Shown: positions 40,070 to 53,900 of the stretch, piece by piece
Numbering within the stretch: position 1 is the stretch's first letter
Layout of the letters: every line of letters begins with the position of its first letter
From: Camelus ferus
Taxonomy: Eukaryota
Direction: 5' to 3'
Assembly: GCF_009834535.1 (NCBI RefSeq)
Contig: NC_045696.1
Coordinates: forward strand, 39,930,001 to 39,994,000
Length of the DNA stretch: 64,000 nucleotides
Program-made: the position numbers and the translations under genes
Notes under the pieces: model-generated
Seen by the model: the letters and a program-made list of their open reading frames with translations, nothing else
Database searches by the model: none
What the model was told of the DNA's origin: nothing

Positions 40070-41545
40070 TTACAATTCAACACATCAAATATTTTTTTGA
40101 GAATCAGGGATGTGCCAGGTTGTTTTAACACTGGGGTTAGAGCAATGCCAAACAAATCCGGCTTCTGATCTCATAGTGTCATATTGTTTATTTTTGTTTC
40201 CCAGTGAGGGGAGACAGGAAACAAATTGAAAAAAAAAATCAGTGCCCATGTGATGATAATTTCAATGAAAAAAAATGAAGCAAAGTAAGGGGGAAATAAT
40301 GAAAGGGATAGCAGGGGTTTGTGTTACTTTCAAATAGGGTAGAAAAGGTTGCCTTTATGATAAGGTAACATTTGAAAAGAGACCTGAAGGAAATGAGAAT
40401 GTGAGCCGTGTGGCTATCTGGTAGCGGAACATTCCAGTGCAGGGAGCCCCAAGTGCAAAGGTCTTAATGTGGAACCATCTTGATGGAACCATTTTCTTCT
40501 GTGAATCATCTTTGATCTTGCAAAAATTGCAAGAAGGCAAGTCCACCTGGAGCAGAAGGATGAAGCTCAGCAGCTGGGAGGGAGAGGAGAGATGAGAGGA
40601 AGATGTAATTGGAGATGGGCTGAGAGACAGTAGAGAGCCAGATTGTGTTGGGCTTGGATGGTAATGGTAATGATGAGGGGTTTGGATTTCATGCGGAGAA
40701 GCCATCAGTAAGGTCTGAACAGAGGAAAACATGATCTGACTTAGCTGTTAAAAAGTATCACTAATACACTCTGGGTCAAACCAGTAATGAAGCAAGTATG
40801 GGGATAAGTGAACCCATATGAATACAAGTGAGTAGCACTGAAGGATTAAACCAGGGTGGGAGGAATCAAAGGGAAGCACTGGCAGAATTTGCTGATAGAC
40901 TGAATGTGAGGCACAGGAGAGAGAAGAGAGTCAAGGACGACACTAAGATTTTTGCCTTTCCTAAGTAGAAGGATAAAGTGGTGTTTATTGAGGTAAGGAA
41001 GATGTGGAAAGGGACAGATTTGGGGAAGGGTATTAGGGAAGATCACAAGTTCCAATTTAGAGATGATAAGTTTGAGATGTATATTAGCCATTTAAAGGGA
41101 TCTTTCAAAGAGTCAGCTGGATATTAAGAGTCTGGAGTTCAGGGAAGAGATCAGGAAGGTAAATACAAATTTAGGCGACATTGATGTATTCAATACCATG
41201 AAACTGAAGGATAACATTTGGGTGAAAATACAGTGAATGTAATAAAGAAAGAGAGGAAAACTGAGCCCTGAGGCATTCAAGTCCTTGTGGCTAGTAAGAA
41301 GGGGAAGATCTAGCAAAGGAGCAGCCAGTAAAGGAAAAAGAGGAAGAATAAAAATGGTGGTTCTGAAGCTCAGGAAAGGGAGTGTATCAGGACTTAGGTA
41401 ATAAACAACTGTGTTGACAGAGGTTATTAAATAGGTCAAATATGGTAGGGATGACATAGTTCCATTAAACTGAGCAACAGGGACCTATTAATCAGGTCAA
41501 GTATGATAGGGACTGAGCATAGTTCCATTAGATTGAGCAATCAAC
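40070..41545 (-). mobile_element. Long L2 fragment
   Basis: Antisense L2 3' region. ORF 40846-41091 has HLKLIISKLELVIFP..KNLSVVLDSLLS..PHIQSISKFC, matching L2 ORF2 motifs (LN.SKTELLIFP..NLGVILDSSLS..HIQSI). Confidence 0.85.
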
Positions 41546-44500
41546 TACTTGATACAGTATCTGTGGCACTGCCATGGAATGAACAAAACATTTTGAGTAG
41601 AATTTAATCTATTCCAGAAAATTACTCACTTGACAGTTATACCCTAAAACTTATATTTCTTCTAGTTAATATTGAAATATATAATCTGAAGTATGAGCAA
41701 AAGGGAAGACTTGCTAGTGAAGTGCCTTTTGAAATACTGAAACCAGTCATGAGCCTTCAAAGGAGAAAAAGTTCAGTCTCCTAAGAATGAACATCTATCT
41801 TACATACTGTATAATAAACATAGTTAGAGAACTTGACTTTTCCAAACTGTAGTAATCACAATACCCAACTAATAATCTTGAAAAATGTGATGACAATACA
41901 CACAAAAAAGGAGTTTGGCCCTTAAGTAGGTCCCAACCCTATGAATAATAGTTTCTCCTTTCTTAAAAATTTTCTCCACAAAATATTAGGTAATATTCCT
42001 GGATGACCAAAGCACTTAAACTTAGGTTGAGACCAATCAGCCTAGAAACACAGAACTAGCAAAGGTTAAATTCTGAAGAGGAAAAAGTATGGATAGAAAC
42101 ACAGAATTTCCCTTAAAAAAATGCAGGATAAGTGTTGGGTCTTCATCTTGTTTTTGGGTAATATCAGATTTATCATAGGAACTCTGGAATCAGTCATGAA
42201 TAGCCCCACCAAGGCTCGTAGACAGGGCTTCACTAGCGTTCAATGCTTGCACTTGCTTAATAAGGACCACCATGGAGTTAGGTAAAATGGTTGTTATTTC
42301 TGTAAATTAAAAACAGGCATTTCAGTGCACCCAGTTCTATAACATTTCTTACAAAGCAACTGGGATATTTTTGGTAGAGGCCCAGGCCAAATACAGAAGT
42401 GGCCCTGCTCATGCCTCATTCCAAGGGTTTTTCAATAGTTTTGAAATATAGTAATAGTCCCTTCTCCCACCTCTAGATGAGGGCATAGTCAGTATATTTA
42501 TTTCCAGGGCTGCTACTGGGGAAAATAGGGAATTTATTTTTGCTAACCCTCTTTCTCTTCTGACTTAAGGTACCCATTCATTCAGATTCCTCACTTTTCT
42601 CTTCTTTCCCATGTTCCCAACACCTTACTTCAGCTTATCTTTTTCAAACATTCACAAACACACATCTCTAGATCTTTCCCACATTATTCTTTCCTTGCGT
42701 CATTCATTCGTTTATTCGCCCATCAGTTATTTAACAAATATTTCTTTGGGGCTTATCATGCTCTCAGCAGTGTGCCAGGTGCTGGGTATGAAGTGGGAAA
42801 CAAGACATGCTTCTGTGTTTGTGGATACTCACAGAAGGAGGCAAGAATAAAGGACAAGAATAAAAAGGGGAAAAAGGAAAACTGCCAGAGAGTGATAAGC
42901 GATATGAGAATTTAGATTATATTTTAATAGGTGACAGAGTGGCTCCATTGAAATACACCTTCCTGTACTAGATTCTCCTAGGACTTCACTCTTAGATCTC
43001 CAAAGTGGCAAATAACTTGAAAAATTAATGTAGGCTTTTCTGTTTAAAACTTCCTTTCTTTCTCCCCTTTTAATTAATGTAATTTCTAACATTTGCAAAC
43101 TACAGATAACATCACCACCCAAAAGAGTGACTAATAGATAGCAGACATTTCAAGTACCAAGACAATGGGGTGAGATATTTGGGAGCAGACCATGGTTGAT
43201 TGCCTAGGCTGTCCCAGAGCTGGTTCTAGCTTGATGCTCCTTCTTTATTTCTTTTATAGACAGTCTAAATCTGTCTCCTGAGCTCTTGGTGCTTCTGGGT
43301 TTTTCCACTGTATCACACAGGAGAGGAAAGGACTTCTAACCACTCCCCAGTGAGTCGTTTCTCCTTTGTCTTTCTGGCCCTGTCCCCATTCAATGCAGTC
43401 TCCCCTCACAGCAGATGTCTTCCTCCATTGCCTCCTAGGTGTCATTCTATCCCGTGATGGATTAGATTGTCTTATTTTTGCTCTGTGAAGGCCATTTCAT
43501 CCCATACACAGAGGTCTTTTTGATTTTTTTTTTTTTTTTTTTTTTTTACTGGAGAGTGACAAGTTGTCTAACATTTCAAGGAATGAAGCCTGAATAAAGG
43601 CATTTTTTTGTGTGTGTCTTAAAAATTCCTTTTGGCTCCATGCAACTTTGGGTTGCCACCTTTCCAAAGAAAATGAAAGGCCTAGATCATTAGTTTACAA
43701 ACTTTATGAGTCTCTGAAATTCTTATGGGCTGTTTTTCATGCTTTAGACTCCAAAGACTCATTGCAGGATTGGGCCAGTGCCGGCTGCTGGTGGAGCAGA
43801 CACAAAACAAACACATCCTAAACGGTCATGTTATTTTTCTTTCAAAGAACCCTTAGAGGTATTTTGAGTCTGAGGAGAAAGACAGGAAGGAAGACTAGAT
43901 CTATACCCTTCCGGTGTACAAGCCTTAAAACAGAAGACAATCTGAGGATGGTAGAGGGAAGAGACAAGATGACAAAATGATGTGCAGATGAAACAGAAGG
44001 AAGTGAGCAGAGACTACAATGCACAGGATAGGTCTACATGCTGCCCACCCCAAATGGCATCCTAGGGCTGTGAAACAATTTCTCAAGACTCAGAGATCAG
44101 CCTTACAAGTTCCTCTCCTAGCCCCGACAACAGTGGTGGAGTCTCGCTTTGGCATGTCTTTTCAAACGACCAGGAGAAAATCTATGCATCTATTACAGGT
44201 CCTGGGAACACTGACAGCAACTAAAAGTCTAAAAGTCAGCTCCCTGGGATTCTGAAATTTAATGAAATAGTTTGAGAAGCCCTATTCTAGATTAGTATTC
44301 TATGTAGTATCAAAAATTTGAAGTTTGAAAGGGTCCTTTGAAATCTCTGCCAACCTCTTTGCTGCACAAATGAGGAGACTGAAGCCTAAATAGGTTATGA
44401 CTATGTCTGGATAGCTACTTATGAACAAATATGCAATTAAGTAGGAAACATGAAAATAATGTGAAGTCAAATACATATTCTGCTAGTAGATTGGAGTTTG

Positions 44501-44653
44501 ACTTTTAGAAAGTTACATAATCTCTGTGAACTAAATTATGCATATATTTAAAACAGAAATCTAGAAAACCATCTAGACCATGACAGATTTTATAAAGGAT
44601 GAAAAACTAGTGGTTGGATGTCAGTCACTCATTCATCAAAATACTTCACACTA

Positions 44654-45702
44654 GCAAAACAAAAAAACAATCTACAAAATGGGAGAAAATATCTGCAAAT
44701 GATGTGACTGACAAAGGTTTAATTTCCAGAATATATAAACAGCTTATACAACTTAACAAGAAAACAAACAACCCAATCCAAAAATGGGCAGAAGATCTAA
44801 AGAAATTCTCCAATGAAAACATACAAATGGCCAATAGGCACATGATAAAATGCTCAATATCGCTAATTATCAAAGAAATGCAAATCAAAATGACAATGAG
44901 GTATCACCTCACACCAGTCAGAATGGCCATCATTCAAAAGTCCACAAAGATAAATGCTGGAGAGGGTGTGGAGAAAAGGGAACCCTCCTACACTGCTGGT
45001 GGGAATGTAGTTTCATGCAGCCATTATGGAAAATAACATGGAGATTCCTCAAAAAACTAAAAACCGACTTACCATATGATCCAGCAATCCCACTTCTGGG
45101 CATCTATCTGGAAGGAACTCTAATTCGAAAAAGTACATGCACCCCAATGTTCACAGCAGCATTATATACAATAGCCAAGACATGGAAACAACCTAAATGT
45201 CCATTGACAGATGACTGCATAAAGAAGTTGTATATTTACTCAATGGAATACTACTCAGCCATAAAGAAGAATAAAATAATGCTATTTGCAGGAACATGGG
45301 ATGGACCTAGAGATTGTCATTCTAAGTTACATAAGCCAGAAAGAGATAAGAAAAATACCATATAAATATCACTTATATGTGGAATCAAAAAAGAAAAAAA
45401 GAGGACATTAAGGAACTCATCTACAAAACAGAAACAGACTCACATAGTAAACAATCTTACAGTTACATGGGGAAGGGATAAATTTGGGAGTTTGAGATTT
45501 ACAAATGTTAGCCACAATATATAAAAATAGATTTAAAAAGCTTCTGTATAGCACAGGGAATTGAATTCAATATCTTACAGTAACCTATAATGAAAAAGAA
45601 TATGAAAATGAATATATGTACGTATATGCATGACTGGGACATTGTGCTGTGCACCAGAAATTGACACACTGTCACTGTACTTCAATTAAAAAAAAAAAAG
45701 AA
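44654..45702 (+). mobile_element. Young 5'-truncated L1 (about 1.05 kb) with a 17-bp TSD
   Basis: ORF2 C-terminus ([31 protein letters not shown]), 3' UTR and poly(A). TSD CAAA(A/G)TACTTCACACTA at 44637-44653 and 45703-45719. Confidence 0.93.
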
Positions 45703-45901
45703 CAAAGTACTTCACACTATAAAAACGTTTATAGAGTATTTGGTCCTAAAACAATTGAAACTTGTTACATGCCACAACTTTTTAAGAAATAGAAGCTTTT
45801 AAACTCTCAGTCTACATATTTTGGGATAGCCCTGAGAATACTGCATAATTTAGATTTAGGAGCTGAAACACGTATAACATCACAACTGCTTGGATGAATA
45901 G

Positions 45902-46296
45902 TGTTAAAAATAAGACAATAGGCCCAAAATGGAGTGGCTTATTCTTAGCCCAATATTTCTAAACCAAGACTTAATTACAGTTAAATTGTAATTAAGCTCC
46001 TCTTGAAATAAAATCTTAAATCAGTCAATCAGGAACTGCGAGATTAGAACTAGTTAGGTCATCTGCCTGACAGACTTCTGCCATCGCCTAAAGGAAAGTG
46101 ATATTGCAGTAACCAGCTTGCTTTGTTGCTTAGTTTAACTTCCTTGTTCCTGCTCTGTTTTGGCTATAAACGTCTTCCATTTTGTACAGCTCCTCAGGGT
46201 GTCCTTCTGTCTGCTAGACTGGATGCTGCCGATTCGAATCAATTTTTGCACAAATTAATTCAACATTTTTAATAAGCCTCAGTTCATCTTTTAACA
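45902..46296 (+). mobile_element. ERV solo LTR (ERV1, MER34/MER39-like)
   Basis: Inverted termini TGTTAAAA...TTTTAACA and TATA-like ctataaa near 46166. The 3' end is homologous to the LTR at 55561-55889. Confidence 0.75.
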
Positions 46297-46954
46297 GTTC
46301 TCTCCAAATAGTTTTGGTTATACATCCCACCACGTACTTCATTAAATTGAAAAGAACCAGATTTGCTCATACAGACCCACTATGATATATTTGTTCACAA
46401 ATTATATCTACATATTACTGAACTAATATGTTTAAATTTAATTTATAAGCAAGAGAAATTAAAAATAAGACAAAAATGAAATCAATATTTTATATTATTT
46501 ACTAACAATATAAAAGTGCTCTGCTTTCAATTAATGTTTTTTGTTGAGAGAAAATATTCTTTCTTAATATAAAATCTTAGTTTAATATATTATGCTATAG
46601 TGATTTAAAAAATCTGGTTTTAGGTTCAGCTTATTTTACACTTGGTGCTAATAGCTGCTTTAGTTTTTAAATTGCTAAAAACAGCCCATAGGTCAAAATG
46701 GAAAAAGTGTTTCCCTGGTTGTATTTAAGTCTTGAGAGTCATTTTTCAGTCTCATCCACCAATTATGAATGGTTTTTGACAAATTCAGCTAGTAAAGTTT
46801 TATATTCTCTAATGTCAATCCATTGGTCCTAAAAAATAATGGGAAGTTAGTCTAGTTTTATATTTTCAGAAAATGACAAGTTGTCAAAATACACTAGAAT
46901 CTTTCATCTGGAAAATGTTTTGACTAAAGTATTCTTATTCAAGAGTATTGTTTG

Positions 46955-47438
46955 TGAAGGAAAAATACTGCAAATCGTATCAGTAAACAAAGAATGCTGA
47001 AGCCATCAAGTCATCAGCCACTGCCTTGCCCCCACCCTATTCTGTGAAGACAAGCCTGCAGCCCAGCCCTAGCAGCCACTGACAATGGTGCACCCTGAGG
47101 GGACTCAGAATAAAAAAGGACGAGATACTGGCCCTAGATAGCTAGATACATGTCAAAGGAATGAATTCAATGAGCCCAAATGTTTGCTTCCACCCATAAA
47201 TAGAAAAGCACTAAATTCTTTAACTTGAGATGCCTGGTTTTCTTTAGATAACAAGTAATCTTTTATTGTTCCAACTACCTGGTATTTGTTGTAAAGCTCC
47301 TATATATCCTAGCTCCTCCTCTACCTCTTGGAAGCAGTCCCTCAGAGCGATCTGAGAGGCTGTCATCCCGGTTCGAGTCCTCCCGCCAAATAAAACATAA
47401 CTCTCAACTTTAAGGCTGCGTATTTATTTCAGTCGACA
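46955..47438 (+). mobile_element. Young ERV solo LTR
   Basis: TG...CA termini with a perfect 5-bp TSD GTTTG (46950-46954 and 47439-47443). TATATA near 47301, AATAAA near 47388, and several CpGs retained. Confidence 0.85.
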
Positions 47439-47939
47439 GTTTGTGTAGATGAGACTTTTGATAGTTATCAATTTTGCCCAAAAGTAACCAAATATTAGGA
47501 ATATTTCCCCCCAAATTCTATTTCTATAAGAGTCTTCTTTTGAAAAGCTGTTTCTCTCTTGTTGCTAAAATGTCACCTTTATCAAATTAATGGTGTTTAT
47601 TTTTAAGAAAATATCTGAGAGGCAGCATACTAACAACAATAACCTGTTATCCTATCAAAGGTCAACTTTAGAATACAGGTCTTTTGATAGAAGTGTTTAG
47701 CTTACTTTGAATTCAAGAATGCTTATGTAGGTTGAGTGGGGACACCAGTGTGAAAGTTGAAAGCTCTAAATTAATTAGTCTTGTTAAATATCAGGAAAAT
47801 TGAATTTCTTTTCCCTCCCCAGCTCCAGTGAAACAAATTGCATGTCCCCTTGGGTGCATATAGCCACTGTGGACACCACTAATGGGCTATTTATTTACCT
47901 AAGTTGTGCCTTAGATTCAAATGCATTCTTCTATACTCT

Positions 47940-48470
47940 GCTCAGTACATTGGTAACTAGGAAAATGCAATCTACATTTTCCAGATTACTTTGCTACCTG
48001 GCTTCCCCTTAGGTTCTGCCAGTGGGAGATAATAGAGGCAGATTGGAATGTGGAAAGGGGAGAGAACTTTGATCCTTTTTCTTATTTTTCTATTACATTG
48101 CCCTAGCAGTAGCAATTCACCCAGGCAGCAGCCGTTCAGCCCAGCAGGGTTAACTCACTCCAGTTTCTACTTCTTTCAGTACTCCCAGTGCCAGCCTCAT
48201 CAAGTCCATCAAAAGTCCTAGTAGCAGACAGGTGGGATTCCTTTCTTAAAGATCTGAGCACACACTTTGCAAGTGATTCCTCTGAGTTTCTAGGATATGG
48301 TTATCCCAACACTTCCCTTCTATTCTCCCAGACCTAAGGCTAGTATCTACTTCCTTAAATTGTCTCTGGGATTTAAAAAAAAAAGTGTTCCTCTTTTGTT
48401 CTTTCACTCCTTCAACACCTTTTAAACCAATTCTCTATATTAATTTCCCTTCTTAAAATACCTAGTGTGA
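47940..48470 (+). mobile_element. Old ERVL LTR relic (LTR16/LTR33-like)
   Basis: tacattttccagattactttgc..ggttctgccagtgggaga..accaattctctatattaatttcccttcttaaaatacctagtgtg. Confidence 0.5.
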
Positions 48471-48499
48471 TGTTGATTTAGTTCAGAAGAAACGTTAGA

Positions 48500-50290
48500 A
48501 ATCTCCACCTCATTAAAGTCAGGAACAAAACAAAGATGACTAGATATACTAAAAATCTAAATGTGAAAAGCAAAACTTGATTATTTTTAAGAGAATTTAG
48601 GGTTATATCATTATGACTTCAGTTAGGAAAGAATTTTTAAAGACAACATACAAATTCTAAGCTGTAAATGAAAAAATTGATAAATTTGACTACATTCAAG
48701 TATAAAATGCCTGTATCACAAGATATACCATTAATAAAATGCAAGTAATACTCTGGGAGAAGATATTTATAATGCCTATAACTGATTAAGCACTGAAGTT
48801 CAGACATTAAAAAGAAGTCTAAAAATGAACAAAAACCAAACAATCAAATGGAAAAATATATAAATGACCTAAATACATAATTAATTTTAAAGAGGAAGCC
48901 TCAATGGCTAACAAACACATCGAAAGTTTCTCAACCTCTTTGGTAAACATGGAAATGGAAATAAAAGCAACAAGAAGACTCCACTGCATCACGAAGGCAA
49001 AATTTGAAAGTCTGAAAATGTTAAAACTTAAAAATTTGCAAGGGCAATGATGTTGGCTGGATGCACCTATAAATTGCTGCAGAGGCATGACTTGTTTCAA
49101 GCTCTCTGGAGGACAATTTGGAAATATATAATACAAGTGAAAATGTACGTAGCCTATGTATATAACCCAACAATTCCACGTATATAATACTCATGAGAGA
49201 CCTGAGCTAGGCTTTTGATGCAACACTGTTACAATAGCAAAAAAACTTATAATGTTCTAAATGTCCATTAATAGGGGAATGGATAAATATTCATACAGTG
49301 GAACTATTTGGCAATTTAAAAGATTAAAGAAAACCTGTATTTCTCAACATTGAAAAAAGCATATGCTGAAAGGAATAAAAATATAATCAATGTGGCTTAT
49401 AGAAAAAAGAAATGCATTTGCTCACATAAAAATAAGCTCATGTTAAAAATCGGCTGAAGACCGGTTAATATCGCTTCTGTTTTGCCCGTTTCTGCTCTGC
49501 CATCATCATTATATATATGGACATATCTTCAGGGAGGTTTCTCAAATTAGCAAGATGGCTGGCTGCCCAGTTCTAGGTGTCACACCCAGGTATGACAGCA
49601 TCCAGCAGAAGAGGAAATCATTTCTTTCTGTGTTTTCAAGAACAAGAGATCTTTCCTAGACACTTCCCAGCTGTATTCTGCTTATTTCATTCACTAGAAT
49701 TATGTCACATTGCCCTGCATAGCCCACTCACTGAGAAGGATAAGATTACCATGATTGCTTATACTAATTGATATCTACCCTTGATAGAGGAATAAGTTCT
49801 TCTTTCCTAAGGAATGGAAAGTTCAGAAAAAAAAATGGGGTTCTGTTAGTGAGGAATAGGGTGGAAATAGTTAATGGGAAGGCAATCACCAATTCCATTG
49901 TAACTAAAAACAATGCAAGATGTAGAAGGAGATGCATAGTTTTGTGTCTTTGTAAACATTTTCAAAGCACTAAAAGCATACTCAATATTGTGTAAAGATA
50001 CAAACACCTATAGCGAATGGTCAAAAACAAAGGTGGATACTCTACCTAATGGGTATTGGGCTGCCCTATTGTGCAACTAGAATTCTACAGTACACAGCTG
50101 GCGTCTCTTGGCAGGGTGCCAGATTCCATGGCCTCACAGTTTTCTTTAGGAAAAGAGGGAGGGGAATGGCATGGGAGGGAGGCATCAGCCTCAGCTACAC
50201 ATTTTCTTTCTATTAATATGGAAACAAATATGGCAATATGTCAACATTTGTTAAATCTGGGAGGTTTAAATCCATCATTTTAAATATCAA
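48500..50290 (+). mobile_element. Old L1 3' region interrupted by a MaLR-like relic (about 49390-49780)
   Basis: Degenerate ORF2 C-terminus (aaattgataaatttgactacatt; aatggctaacaaacac; aaatgtccattaataggggaatggataaat). Confidence 0.7.
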
Positions 50291-52295
50291 CTAGTTTTGA
50301 ACCCAAAGCCCAGGGTACGCTTTGTTATGTTCAAATTCCTGTGTGTTGGTTATCTGGCTTTTTGAAAAAAGGAAAACAGTATTTCCAAGTACAAAATTGG
50401 TACATCTTAACCCGAAGCAAATATATTTACTTTGGCAAAACTGTTCAAGATTTATGAATGATGATTAAAATGATCACAATGTTAACATTTCATTGTTACA
50501 ATTCCAAAAGGCCATTCTCCAACATGAATTCCCAGACAAATGTGAATGCAGCTTTTGGCTATTTTTTAAATTGCTAGTTTGTTTTGGGTTATTCATTCAT
50601 GTAAATCACCGGGGAACAGGTAAGCTTCTGTTTCCTTCCTAAACTAATGCCTGCTTATGTCCACACCCTGAAAGGTTCTATGTGGGCAGGACTCCTGCTT
50701 AATCTCTGGGAAATACATTCCAGATGATCATGAACATTTCCCTGTTTTTCCTTTCCTTTTTTTCTCTGGTCATTTGTATACGTATACATTTTGACCCCCC
50801 ATGAAAAATTCCCAGAGGCCACTTCGCCATTTCTTAGTTCCCTTCCATCTTCACTTTTACAGTATACGGGGCTTTGATACAAATTAGGAAAAACAGGGGT
50901 CCACATAAGCTTCTTGCCTCAGTGGTCCTTCTTTCTGGAGGACTGGCAGGAATCAAGAAGAAAAATATCTTCTATTTTGGCCATTAAAGCCTCACAATGT
51001 TTGGAAAGTAGGACATGCTTTAATAAGGGCCTTCTGGGTGATTATTTTCTGTCATCGATATTCAGAAAGTCCAACCAAAACTATTACCAAAGAGCTGCAA
51101 CTAGGCTGGTAACTCTTCATTTTACATTCCAGAGCCATGGTGCCCAAGTGTCCCTTAATCATTGGAAACACGGTGGTTGGAGAGAGTTGGCACAGATCCT
51201 AGAAGCTGCAGCCTCCCTTGGGCTTCTCATTTCACTCCTGCCTCATCAATCCTCTGGCCAGAAGTGGCTCCTGCATTGGCTTCTGTGCTGGAAGTCCAGG
51301 TTTGGTGTGATCTGAAGTGAGGGGGTGGGGGTAGTTCTTCCCTCCCCCCTCACTGTTTCCATTTCCATTTCCCAAAGAACAAAGAAGGGCTATTTCAAAA
51401 CACTCTCTCTACAGCTATCAGCAGATGACAAACTTCATTATAAAAAGTGCTGGCACCATCTCTAATGTCTATCAGATTAAAGGAAAAATCAGTTCTGAGT
51501 CATAACACAGCTCTTCCTCAATTGGTCTTACTATAAAGTGAAGGGTATCTTTTGTTACTTGTGCTCCATACACTTACAATAATATCATAAATATTATTTC
51601 TGCTTGCTGGTTAAGATTTATTCTTTGTCTGAAACTGTTTGTTTATGAATGTTATGCTATGGGTTTGCATCATTAACCTTTAGACGAGACTGCAGTTTAG
51701 CGGTTTTAAAGAGCAATTTAGTGGTGGGTGTAGCTTGAATGGTCCAGGAGAATAGTATTAAAGGTCGTTTCTGAGACAAGTATAATAGCGCTATTTTTCA
51801 CTTAATTCAAAAAGAATCTGAGCAGAGGAATTTTACTGTTGACTCACCTTAAATGAACCTCTCAGCCAGTCTCAGTTTTCACTGTAGTCAGCATAAGATT
51901 TTTAGGCCTACCTGTCATACCAGCCTTTTATAGAGTGCCTATAGCGATGTTTCCCCGATCGCTTTGAATCTGCTCAATTTCCAACTAGAATTTGCTTCAG
52001 ATTTCATGAAAAGAGAGTATGTGTGATTTAAACGTAATTTCTACTTTGGAACACCTACAGTGAGCATTCTTTAGGTTTTGTAGTAGAACCTTCCTCCTGG
52101 AAGCTCAAAGCACTTTCATACAGAAAATTTCATTTGTCATCACCCAACTGCTGTAATGTAAGTTAGGCTCAAGTTTTAATTATTTCCTCATGTTCTATGC
52201 AGATGATATGCTATTACTTTATAGTAAGTGAAGACTTTGAAGATACTGTCTCAAAGCCAAATAAAGGAAATCACTGTTTCTTTTCCTGAAAACAG

Positions 52296-52449
52296 GAATC
52301 ACCGTCAAGCTTTGGCAGGCCTGTGCCTGACCTTTTGTTCCTTCTATTATCTAAATACTTATTTGGCTTTAAGAAACCAGCCATGCATGTCTGGAATTAT
52401 TACTAAATGTAACCCTCTGTTGCAATACCAGTTTATAACTAAGAAAAAG
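52296..52449 (+). other. Candidate spliced exon (154 nt)
   Basis: Acceptor tgtttcttttcctgaaaacAG and donor AAG|GTAAGC. One frame is open (NHRQALAG..QFITKKK) but I recognise no protein family. Confidence 0.35.
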
Positions 52450-53219
52450 GTAAGCTTCCCCATGCCGAGGTTTTTAAAAATGTCTTCTTGGTGAAGGCAT
52501 GGGCCACTGTCTGCTTCATCCTCAACTGGGTGCTTCTGCCTAAAACATCCCATCAATCTATAGCCTTTCACAAATGACTTGGCTAACTGCAGTCTGTATT
52601 ACCAAATATTCCAGGTCACAATCCTGTCAGAGGCACACAGCAATCACAGATCAGAGAGGAAGGGCTCCCTCTTACAGTTCTATTGTCCTATCTTGATGGG
52701 ATTTAGTGCAGTGGTTCCAGACCTGAGGTCCTGAGACTTCTAGAAATCCTCCAAACACAAAAATAAAAGCCCACAGTTACTTCTAATAAAATTTGAAGTC
52801 ACACACGAATCGGATATTTTTACATCACTGTTTTGGTTTGCAAGAATCTCAACATAGTACAGTAACACTGTGGTATTACACCAACTAAGAGCCCCAGCTG
52901 GCTATTTTGGGGTCTTTGAAAGAAAAAAAGAAAACAAATGAATTATTACTCAATACATGTGGTGAGTTTGGTGGCACACAGAAATCTTTTCAAACTTGAA
53001 GTCTGTGGGGGACCCTATGGTGGTGGAAGGTTGTCTACTCCTGTCTTCAGTTTGGACTCACAGTCACTCAGGGTACAGAGCCCTCTATTGCACAGCATTC
53101 CCACCTAATTTGGCTTGATCCTTTACCAAGAAATTTGGAGATCCAAGAGCTTCTATGGGCCAAGGACTAAAAGCACAACAAAAGTTCACTGAAAAAACAA
53201 CTAGAAGCAGGCTGTTCCC

Positions 53220-53900
53220 ACTTATTCACTTATTCAGCAGATTTTTAGTGACCACTATCTGCCAGGCTCTGTGCTGAGCACTTGAAACACAAAGGTTCCT
53301 TCAAACACCATTCTTGCCCTCATGGATATTACAGACTAGTAGGGGTGACAGACATTTATCAAATGATCACACAAAGAGAAGTAAAATTAGTCATGATAAA
53401 TGTTATCAAGGAGAGGTGCATGGAAACCTTATCTAGGAGATTTTAGTGAGCTGGGGAGTTATGAAAATCTTCTCCATGGAAGATAAACTTGAGCTAAAAC
53501 GTAGGGTTGAGTAGGGGTTGACAAGTCCAGATGGAAAGAAGACACACTCTAGCCAAAGTAATCGTTTATCAATAGGTTTGGTGAGTAATAGGGCTGAAAG
53601 GAGGCCAGTTTGGTGGTGAGACTGGAGAGAACACAGGAGAGTCAGTGGAAACTGGGGCTGAAAGTATAGTGTTAAAATTTCCACCATGAAGGATCTCTTA
53701 GGAATTCTGCTTCACCTTAAAATGGACAAATATTGAAGGAGGGTGAATAGTATATGTTATATGATCAAAGTTGTGTGATTGGTTGGATTATTTAAAGAAT
53801 CACTTTGGTTACAAGTTGGAGAAAAGACTGGAGGGGGAGAGAAGAGACCAACTAGGATTCTATTGTTATAGTTCAGAGGTCATGGTGGCTGGGACTCTTA
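53220..53900 (-). mobile_element. L2 3' fragment
   Basis: ttattcagcagatttttagtgaccactatctgccaggctctgtgctgagcactt..cttgccctcatgga is the antisense L2 3' terminus. Confidence 0.75.

Noticed and set aside
44614..45365. 140-aa and 171-aa ORFs
   Set aside because: They are frameshifted C-terminal pieces of L1 ORF2 in a truncated copy.
50914..51315. 133-aa ORF in unique sequence
   Set aside because: It has a non-ATG start, no recognisable domain and no convincing exon boundaries.
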